DNA of 15,350 nucleotides from Candidatus Heimdallarchaeota archaeon (GTDB taxonomy: Archaea > Asgardarchaeota > Heimdallarchaeia > Heimdallarchaeales > Heimdallarchaeaceae), in the NCBI GenBank assembly GCA_021399395.1, contig JAAFKJ010000056.1:1-15350 (forward strand), given 5' to 3'. This document shows positions 1 to 7,700 of this stretch, piece by piece; position 1 is the stretch's first letter, and every line of letters starts with the position of its first letter. A model generated the notes under the pieces. The model had not been told where the DNA came from and did not search any database. It saw nothing but the letters and a program-made list of their open reading frames with translations. A program made the position numbers and the translations under genes.

Positions 1-134
1 ATAGTTGTACCAAGAGTAATTTTGTATGATGGATCGAACATATTTGTGACGAATCGTCTAACTAGAGAGGTCTTCCCCACCCTTGCATCTCCTATTAGAA
101 CAATCTTGTTTGTAATGTAGTTTTTCTTAGACAC
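1..134 (-). CDS. Rab-like small GTPase (Ras superfamily), N-terminal part only; continues off the left edge
   Basis: Manual minus-strand translation from GTG at 134: MSKKNYITNKIVLIGDARVGKTSLVRRFVTNMFDPSYKITLGTT. It contains a G1 P-loop (GDARVGKTS) and a Rab-type switch I (YKITLG, cf. YxxTIG). A Shine-Dalgarno-like AGGTGA (145-140) lies upstream; an alternative in-frame GTG is at 143. Confidence 0.88.
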   Translation of the reverse strand, partial: MSKKNYITNKIVLIGDARVGKTSLVRRFVTNMFDPSYKITLGTT

Positions 135-202
135 CAGACTCACCTTTTGTTATTATGGTATAATTGTGCTAATATTGGTTTCTATGCCGACAATCCAGAA
201 TT

Positions 203-1051
203 TTACTTGTAAAACATAGCTGAACCATACCCCACAACTCGATTCCTGTCTCCTGAAACATCACCAGAGGTTGCATAATTCAATATTTTACTATTGATAC
301 GATTTGTTTGTTTTGCAGCTTCTAATGTTGCAGCAATAGGACCATATCCACACATCGAAACATTTAGCTTGAATTTGATTTCATACATTGATTTTGCATC
401 CATTTTTCCTATCGCATCAAGTACCTGGTTATCCTTCTTTTTAGCATTGTCATGAGTTTCAAAATGTGTGAAGTCACTGCTTGCAATAACAACTGTATTT
501 TCATTTTGAATCAGTTTTGCTAAAGTTTCACCAAGAAGCAAGCTTGAATCATAACTTTGATTCATCATAGCAATTGGAACAAGTTGAAACGGTTCACTCA
601 AAATATATTGAAGAAATGGGAGTTGCACTTCTATAGAATGTTCTCGTGCATGAGAAGAGTCATTCTTACGTACTTGACTATTTAGTTCCATTAATTTATC
701 AATAAACTCATGATTAATCTTAACTGAACCTAGTGGAGTTTCCCATTCAGTCATTTTATCTGGGACACCTATATCTGCACCAAAACCGGTATGGTTAGGA
801 CCAATTATAACTATAGTTTCAGGAGATTTGTATTTGCTCATTTCAAAAAAACTACTTGCAGCTATAGGACCACTGTACATAAATCCGGCATGTGGGACTA
901 AGAAATATGGTATAGGAGAATCAGGGTATTGAACTCCTTCCGGTAAACTTTCAGGTCCAAGATCATTTTTGAAACAATTTTCAATCGATTCTATCAGATT
1001 TTTTTCTCGTCCATCATAAAAGGATCCAGCATAAACAGCTTGACGTCTCAT
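203..1051 (-). CDS. MEMO1-family protein (AmmeMemoRadiSam protein B / LigB-like dioxygenase fold)
   Basis: Motifs RQAVYAGSFY, VPHAGFMYSG, IGPNHTG, WETPLG, EHSIEVQLPFLQ, IASSDFTH, SMCGYGP, YATSGDVSGD..VVGY. Start moved from 1102 to ATG 1051 because family members begin near RxxxxAGxFY and an AT-rich TATA-like element lies about 26-30 nt upstream. Confidence 0.93.
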   Translation of the reverse strand: MRRQAVYAGSFYDGREKNLIESIENCFKNDLGPESLPEGVQYPDSPIPYFLVPHAGFMYSGPIAASSFFEMSKYKSPETIVIIGPNHTGFGADIGVPDKMTEWETPLGSVKINHEFIDKLMELNSQVRKNDSSHAREHSIEVQLPFLQYILSEPFQLVPIAMMNQSYDSSLLLGETLAKLIQNENTVVIASSDFTHFETHDNAKKKDNQVLDAIGKMDAKSMYEIKFKLNVSMCGYGPIAATLEAAKQTNRINSKILNYATSGDVSGDRNRVVGYGSAMFYK

Positions 1052-1111
1052 GAAATTACGTTGACTTTGAAGATGATTAATTTTTCTGACTCTTTCTGAC
1101 ATGTTGTGGAG

Positions 1112-1119
1112 TTTATATA
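1112..1119 (+). promoter_or_regulatory. TATA box for tnpB
   Basis: TTTATATA ending about 22 nt before ATG 1142, consistent with a leaderless archaeal transcript. Confidence 0.55.
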
Positions 1120-1141
1120 ATAAAAAATATGTGTGAAAGTG

Positions 1142-2341
1142 ATGACTACTGTCTTAAGGACTGAGCGGATAAAAGTGCGAACAAGTTTCACACTAATGCA
1201 GTTGGCAAGACAGAGCAAAAACCTGTACAACTATGGAAATTATATTATCAAAAAGCAACTGAATTATAACAATTATATGACCTCAGAGTATGAGTTGGTG
1301 AATATGGTACGTTATCATCCTTGCTACACTAAGTTCATCCCTCATTCAGCACAGCAAACCATTAAATTTTTAGCAAAAGACTGGAAAGCTTACTTTCGTG
1401 CAAAAAAAGAGTACCAGAAGAACCCCACCAAGTTCTTCTCTAAACCTAAAGCACCGAAATACAAGAACAAACAAGGGTTCCACACAATCTACCTGACTGC
1501 TAACCAAGTGAGATTGAAGGGTGAAGGATGGTTACATTTTCACAAGAAAATCGGTCTAAAAGTAAAAACAAGACTAAATGAGAGGACAAAAATCAACCAT
1601 GCTCGCTTACTCCCAAGGGGAACATGTTTTATCTTAGAGATAATCTATGAACAGAAACTAGATCCCCCCTCCTCATCTCAACCTACAAATATCCTTGCCA
1701 TAGATTTGGGAGTGAATAACCTTTTGACTTGTGTTAGTAATGTTCTTCCCCCTTTCCTTGTCAAAGGAAGGAAAATTAAGGCTATCAACCAGTGGTACAA
1801 CAAGGAACGCTCTCGTCTCCAATCTATCTACGACCTGCAAAGGTTAAACGAGTATGGTCAAAAAATGAAGAAGATCATAGATAAACGTTGCCAACAGGTG
1901 GAATATTACCTGCATAAAGCTTCACGTCTTATTATTGACAATTGTCTGAAGTATGGGATCGACACTATAGTTGTTGGTTATAACAAGAAATGGAAGCAAA
2001 GGAGTAAGATGGGAAAGAGGAATAACCAGAATTTTGTCAATATACCCTTCTTAACTTTATTGCGAAAACTCCAGTATAAGGCAGAAGAAGTAAGTATTAC
2101 GGTCATACCTATAGAAGAGAAATACACCTCTAAATGCTCTTTCTTAGATAATGAATCTATCCGCGAACATTCTAAGTATTTAGGACGAAGGAAGAAACGA
2201 GGTCTATTCAAAAGTTCAAAAGGTGTGTTGCTCAACGCTGATTGCAATGCAGCAGGCAACATCGGCAGAAAAGTATTCCCGCTGGTCTTCACCTCCGGGA
2301 CAGTGGATGCTGTGAGTCATCCTACCTGTTTGACTGTCTAG
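1142..2341 (+). CDS. tnpB: TnpB RNA-guided endonuclease (rearranged RuvC-II type)
   Basis: N-terminal SKNLYNY, SAQQTIK and PKYK motifs; RuvC-I ILAIDLGVNN (Asp 1703-1705); YLHKASR; IVVGYNKKWKQ; NNQNFVNIPF; EEKYTSKCSFLD; RuvC-III NADCNAAGNI (Asp 2240-2242). Start is ATG 1142 or GTG 1133. Confidence 0.95.
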   Translation: MTTVLRTERIKVRTSFTLMQLARQSKNLYNYGNYIIKKQLNYNNYMTSEYELVNMVRYHPCYTKFIPHSAQQTIKFLAKDWKAYFRAKKEYQKNPTKFFSKPKAPKYKNKQGFHTIYLTANQVRLKGEGWLHFHKKIGLKVKTRLNERTKINHARLLPRGTCFILEIIYEQKLDPPSSSQPTNILAIDLGVNNLLTCVSNVLPPFLVKGRKIKAINQWYNKERSRLQSIYDLQRLNEYGQKMKKIIDKRCQQVEYYLHKASRLIIDNCLKYGIDTIVVGYNKKWKQRSKMGKRNNQNFVNIPFLTLLRKLQYKAEEVSITVIPIEEKYTSKCSFLDNESIREHSKYLGRRKKRGLFKSSKGVLLNADCNAAGNIGRKVFPLVFTSGTVDAVSHPTCLTV

Positions 2342-2412
2342 GGTAACCGAAGCAGAAATGAGAACAGGTGCAAGATAGTTCAAATCGGAAACGGTGGGAA
2401 ATATCACTCATA
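2299..2412 (+). ncRNA. Predicted TnpB omegaRNA (right-end RNA) scaffold overlapping the tnpB 3' end
   Basis: Nested stems GACAGT(2299-2304)/ACTGTC(2333-2338) and GGATG(2305-2309)/CATCC(2318-2322), plus pseudoknot-compatible ACCTGTT(2324-2330)/AACAGGT(2363-2369). The location matches known omegaRNAs; the 5' and 3' limits are uncertain. Confidence 0.6.
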
Positions 2413-2417
2413 AAAAA
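2412..2417 (-). terminator. Oligo-T terminator of the lhr / AlkZ-repeat transcription unit
   Basis: TTTTTT on the minus strand about 16 nt after the stop codon at 2436-2434. Confidence 0.4.
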
Positions 2418-2433
2418 GATATCTCCTTATTTG

Positions 2434-4773
2434 TTAAAGAATCTGGTAATCTATTTGCATATTGTTCAAAAGATTCATATATTCTCTACCACTTTCGGTT
2501 GTCAAAGCTGTTCCATTAATTTGTTTAATCCTTAATATGCGATTATGCTCTTCTTTGGTTTTAATGAAGTATTCTTGAATCGAACTAAGTATGAGCATAA
2601 GAGTATGAGAATCAGTAAACTCTGGAAGAATCTCTATATTATTGACATATTCTATTTTATCTGCCTTCTTAATATGTAGAGCAGCTATTGGCTCACCATT
2701 CATTAAGATGATTTCACCAAATTCCGTTGGGAGGGGTCTTGAAAAAAGTGATCTAAGTCTGAACCGTTTAAGCAAATAATTCTTGTATAGAATGAGTAGA
2801 GGATCATTTCGAGAGAGATAAGTTAGGTTTACATCTTCAGAACTTGGATCCTCTTCTTTTTGATAGATATATCCTATAATTTTCTTTTCAATTTCCTTAG
2901 TTGTAAACTTAACCTCAGACTCATCTTCGAAGAATTTTCCAGAACGGATACCTTTAGAAGCAATTAATTCCTTAAGATATACTTCCAATTGAGTATTTGA
3001 TAGACCAGTAAGATTGGCCAACTGTCTGATGCTTAGAGGTAAATTAGTTGAGAATATCCTATAAAGAACTTCTAACCAAGCTTCTCTTTGTGTTTTCACA
3101 GATTTTGTTGCAGTAGTAGCTAGGAACTTTGAAGTTAATTCCCAAACTATCTGTTTGGAAACCGATTTAGTTTGAACTATTTCATGAGCTATTTCTAACC
3201 TTTGTAGAGCAGAGAGTAACACTCTGTTTGATAGGTTCAGCGATGATTTCAATTGCGAGAAATTTATACGTTCTTTTTGTTTAATCAAATTTAGTACTCG
3301 TTCTTCTAGAACACCATAATGTCTTGAAGGGCTTAATTTAGCAAAAACCATGTAATCTACGGACACTATATTTCCCCTATAAAATGCGCCGTACTTTCCA
3401 GTAACCACTTGTTTATTGATTATTAAATCATCAACAATTGAGTCTTTCTTTGATGAAATTCGTGCTAATAACGAATTTAAGGGGAGTGGTATTCCTAAAG
3501 AAGTTAATCCATTCATAACACCTTTTTTACTCAAGAAGTTGTATTTTTGACTCAGATGTTGTATATCGAGAAGAAGAGGAAAAACATCTCTTAAGAAGAA
3601 TAACTGACTTTCTTCATCAGTTTGAGGTTTTGCGGTAAGATGGGATACTAAACCTGAAGTGCGCACTTGGTATCCTCTCTTTGATAGTATATTCGCAAGA
3701 ATCTTAGATTGGCTTTCAATTGCTTCTGATTGGAGTTCAGGAAAAACAAGTATCTTACCTTTATTTTCTGCATACTCTTGAATCTTATTTCTTATTTCTA
3801 GCTCATTATTTGTAAATTCAGGTGTTTTAACAAGATTAGTGATATGTAAATTATCTCCATCTACTTTGTATTCAAAAGAACAAACAGGCTTACCATTAAC
3901 CAAAACCAATTCATCTAGTACTTCGTCAAGATTTAGAAAATCTGCAGAAGACCAGTATTCAGCAAGTGGATCGGATAGTGGGAGTATTTCTTTATTCATT
4001 GTTTTTTTCTGATCGTATTTCTCTAAGAAAGAATCTAGATACTCAAGCTCATCAGATACCATAAATGCTTCATAACTTGAATTTTCTATGAAATTACCTC
4101 TGACTATTTTCTTATTCTCATAAAGTTCAATTATGCAGGTGCTTATTCTACCTCCACTCATATTTAGAATTCTAATTATCTGAGGAACTGTAATTGGACC
4201 AAAGTTTTTGATGACTAAGTAGATAAGGTCGGAAGTAGCTAAAGCTTTACTCGACTTCGATTCATCTAAAAGTAATTTACTTGAGAATATCGTCCAGTAT
4301 GTTCCATCATAGAACATATAAATTTGAAAGTTTGTACGAAGTTCTGTTAGTATCTCCATAACTTCTTCTTTTGAAATTTCAAACGTTTCCATGATTTTCT
4401 GACGAGTTGATGATCCCCCTTCTTGTAAGAATTCAAGAACTGTTTTGGTCAAAGGTTTCTTGTATTGAATAGTATCTTTAGCGTAGATTTTGCTATAAAT
4501 GTGGAGATTATCTCGACCAACATAAGCAAGTTTACCTTCCTTAAATGGGGCATGAACAAGATGTTTATTCTTAATTAGAGAATTTACTAAACCTGAGGAG
4601 AACGTTCTCATTCTAACAAAAAGTGATTCAATATCTTGGAACACTATTACATTGTTAACTATCGTAATAGCATGACTATAATTTACACCTTTATATTCAC
4701 CGTCAATATTTTGTTTTTCTACCAGATATCTGGCAAGTTGATCCAATGAAAGAGAATATTTTGTTATTGACAT
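2434..4773 (-). CDS. Protein with two tandem AlkZ/YcaQ (HTH_42)-like winged-helix repeats, paralogous to the Lhr C-terminal extension
   Basis: Repeat A: FQDIESLFVRM..LIKNKHLV..GKLAYV, KNFGPITVPQI, ILPLSDPL, VLVNGKPVC. Repeat B: NSLLARI..LIINKQVVTG, LPLSIRQLANLTGL, YLSRNDPL, ILMNGEPIA. These resemble AlkZ/YcaQ signatures (GPxT, LLxxxDP, hhhDGxhhG) and match segments of the adjacent Lhr tail. Confidence 0.7.
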   Translation of the reverse strand: MSITKYSLSLDQLARYLVEKQNIDGEYKGVNYSHAITIVNNVIVFQDIESLFVRMRTFSSGLVNSLIKNKHLVHAPFKEGKLAYVGRDNLHIYSKIYAKDTIQYKKPLTKTVLEFLQEGGSSTRQKIMETFEISKEEVMEILTELRTNFQIYMFYDGTYWTIFSSKLLLDESKSSKALATSDLIYLVIKNFGPITVPQIIRILNMSGGRISTCIIELYENKKIVRGNFIENSSYEAFMVSDELEYLDSFLEKYDQKKTMNKEILPLSDPLAEYWSSADFLNLDEVLDELVLVNGKPVCSFEYKVDGDNLHITNLVKTPEFTNNELEIRNKIQEYAENKGKILVFPELQSEAIESQSKILANILSKRGYQVRTSGLVSHLTAKPQTDEESQLFFLRDVFPLLLDIQHLSQKYNFLSKKGVMNGLTSLGIPLPLNSLLARISSKKDSIVDDLIINKQVVTGKYGAFYRGNIVSVDYMVFAKLSPSRHYGVLEERVLNLIKQKERINFSQLKSSLNLSNRVLLSALQRLEIAHEIVQTKSVSKQIVWELTSKFLATTATKSVKTQREAWLEVLYRIFSTNLPLSIRQLANLTGLSNTQLEVYLKELIASKGIRSGKFFEDESEVKFTTKEIEKKIIGYIYQKEEDPSSEDVNLTYLSRNDPLLILYKNYLLKRFRLRSLFSRPLPTEFGEIILMNGEPIAALHIKKADKIEYVNNIEILPEFTDSHTLMLILSSIQEYFIKTKEEHNRILRIKQINGTALTTESGREYMNLLNNMQIDYQIL

Positions 4774-7700
4774 TTATTTCACCAGAGAGTGTGATGGCAT
4801 ACCATTTATCTTCTCAACAACTATTGAATTGACATCTATATTTTCAAGATTAGGTATTGTTTCCATTGCATTTATCACATAGTTTAGAGAACTATCAGCA
4901 TGAATCCAAGGTGCTAGTATAATGTTTTTCATAATCATCCGTTTCTGATTCATACTATCAACATTACATTGAGCAGCAATTTTCTGATCAAGAACTATAA
5001 TGTAATTCTCATCAGATACACCAAATTGCTCGTAAAGATTGGCTTTCAACACAACAGTCGCTAAATCTTTTGGATTCAGCAGGTAATATCTTTCTCGCTC
5101 CTCCTTTTTAGAATAGTCCACTTTACTATCGTCTTTTTTCTCTAACATAATAAGAGAGTCATAATTTTCTTGTGTTGTATAAAAGAATCTTGTATCGTTT
5201 TCTACGAACCGTCCGCCTAGAATCCTTTCTTCATCAATCAATGACGCTAATACCTCTTTGACTCTTATTTTAGTTAGAACACCTGGTATTACAGCTCGCT
5301 GTGAAATTTGTCCCTCCGAAATGACTCCTAAGCTCCCCATAATATCATAGACATACTCTTTTCTAACAACAGAGATATCCTTGTTAATTTCAGGAATAAA
5401 GGAATCAATGTCCCAATATTCTTGGGGTTCAAAGAGATTATTGATAGATTCAATTCCAATAAGCATATTCTCTTCTAGAATTCGAAGCGCAGCCTTAAAT
5501 GTAGCAGCAGTTCCTTCCCAATTATCTAAGAGGCTCTGTTTGTTTGCTATACCTTTCTTGATTCTGTTGTATATTTTTTCTGATTCACCTTTCATCTTTC
5601 TTCTAATTCTTATACCGCTTTTCCTATATCTTGCGAATTGAATCGAGTAAAATACATTATTCTGACAAATAACATCTCTATTTTTTAGAAGTTGATTTAG
5701 AAGATAGACTATAACTGAAATCATATTTTCTGGATATCTTGAAATAATTTCTTTGAGATCAATGAATCCAAAGTGACTAATCATTTGTAGAAGATTTTCC
5801 GAGTTTAATGCTGGAGTCTGTTTCTTTAACCACAGGTTCTCCATTATATTCCGGTCTATCAATCTTCGAGAGAAGACTTTAGTTACAGTATCTCCACCAA
5901 TCAGAGTGTCCTTTACTAATTTGAATCCAGTTTTGATTAGGGTATCACGTATGAATTGATTACTTTTGGAAAGAACTGATTTACCATTTATGTCCTCGAT
6001 TTGCAGACTAAGTACTCTATGAATCTTTCTTGTATAATTAACAAGTTCTGCTGCCAGTTTCTGTATTATTATTGAGTTGTAAATGATGGAATTGTTTAAT
6101 TTTAAGTCGTAAACTTGAAGATATTGTCCCTTGTGTAGCTTATATTCAATTGAGCCAACCATTTCTCCGTCCAATAAAACTGGGTCAATCTGACCTTCAC
6201 CATAGATATCTCTAAGATGCAACCTCATACCTAATTTTGTGAAAGGATCGTCTCGCGGAAGGATGACTATTTTCTCTTCTTCACTCAGGGCTATGTTAAT
6301 AAGATCTGTTTTAATCTTTACAATCTCATCAAATCTTTCATTGGTCATGTAATAGTTGGTTTCTCTTTCTGTTAGCTTTTTCTCGATAATTTTATTGCTC
6401 TTGAGAAGGTTTTTGATAATTTTCTCAGTATCATTATATCTAAGTCCCAATAGATGGGTAAGTTCTATTAGAGAAACAGGTCCTAAAGAGCGAATGGATT
6501 TTAACATTATAAATTCTTGACTTTTGTCAATTGAAGGTAGTTTATCTACAGTAACATATCTCTCAGAGATATCATACACATTTGGAATAAACTGACGAGG
6601 AATAAATGTCTCAGATGTTACAGATTTTCTAACTAAATATAGCGTTTTATCAAGAATCATTAAGCTCTCTTGAACAATATCATCATCTAAATCTGTTAGC
6701 TCTTTTACTTCTCTTTTAGTCAGAGGCCCATATTTTCTAATGGTTGAAATAATCTTCTCTTCAACTTTAGTTAACTGAAAAGGTTCCCTATAAACTACAT
6801 AATAGTATTGAAACATTTCTCGACTGACATATGCAAGCCTTCTGTGGCTAAATCTCCCTTGTATAATCTCGTTCTTCTCAATCAAATCTCTAATCCAATC
6901 TATCTCATAATCTTGTATGCGAACTGAAAGAGAACTTAAGTCTTCGATTGTACCAAAATTATTCAAAAGGTTCAGAATATTATCTTTTCCTATCAATTTT
7001 GCTTTCAGAAAATCATCTACCGCAAATAGATAGTGGATGAAATTTAGTTCTTCAGGAGTGAGAATTATAGAATCAGGTTTTCTGTTGCTTAAGTTCCTAA
7101 GAAGTTCTCTATCTTCTAGTCGGATATATTGGTCCTCTAGTGAAGACTCAATTATCTTCCCCTTCAATACACGATTTTGACTTTGTAATTCAGAGAGAGC
7201 TCGTTGTACTTTTTCTTCTTCAATACGAAGATATTCCAAAATCTGGTGCAATGTTGAAGGTCCATTAACTTTCAAAAATCTTAGGAGTACCTTCTTCAAA
7301 CATTCTTCAGGGTCAAGTTTCTTTGCTTCTTGAAACAGCTGTTTAGGGATAACTTTCTCTGCTAAGGCATACTTGTTTCTCACTCTTCCCCCATACAATT
7401 CATAATCTGTTCTGGTTATGAGCATAGCTCTTTCAAGCTTCTCAATATGTTTTTGTAAAGTTTTGATGGGGACATCTGTTTCTTCTGATAAATTGTTAAG
7501 TGAAATCGGAGATTTATCTTTCAGAACCTCTAGAATTGTTTTATCAATTTCGTCTTCATCTAGTGTTTTTACATATAAATTCCAATATAGTTGAAAATTA
7601 TTAATTGGTATTGAACGTCTGTCACCTTTTGCTACATAAATTTCAACAAATTCACCAGAGTTGTGTAAAGCTAAAGACCAAGCTTGAATCTGCTTTGCGT

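Larger units (their letters stand above)
1103..2412 (+). mobile_element. Non-autonomous tnpB-only element (IS200/IS605/IS607 superfamily, IS1341-like); boundaries approximate
   Basis: tnpB with no tnpA, located between the divergent MEMO1 promoter and the convergent end of the 779-aa gene, with a structured 3' region. The ends cannot be fixed without an empty-site comparison. Confidence 0.65.

Noticed and set aside
203-1051. Complete AmmeMemoRadiSam system
   Set aside because: Only the MEMO1 component is present; no AMMECR1 or radical-SAM gene lies in the window.
1081-1100. TTTCTGAC tandem as a target-site duplication
   Set aside because: Both copies are on the same side of the element, no copy was seen at the right end, and this superfamily does not normally create TSDs.
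1052-1102. 17-aa N-terminal extension of MEMO1 in the ORF track
   Set aside because: It covers the likely promoter, and the family signature starts at ATG 1051.
1048-2407. Short minus-strand ORFs 1048..1230, 1978..2292 and 2216..2407 as TnpA or accessory genes
   Set aside because: They are antisense to tnpB and show no HUH/Tyr or serine-recombinase motifs.
1142-2433. TnpB as a Cas12f effector or direct Fanzor ancestor
   Set aside because: No repeat-spacer array or cas gene is visible in the window. RuvC-I is DLG rather than DPG, and rearranged-Glu TnpBs are widespread in prokaryotes.
4774-4776. Selenocysteine or pyrrolysine recoding at the lhr stop
   Set aside because: The stop is TAA, which is not a Sec (TGA) or Pyl (TAG) codon.
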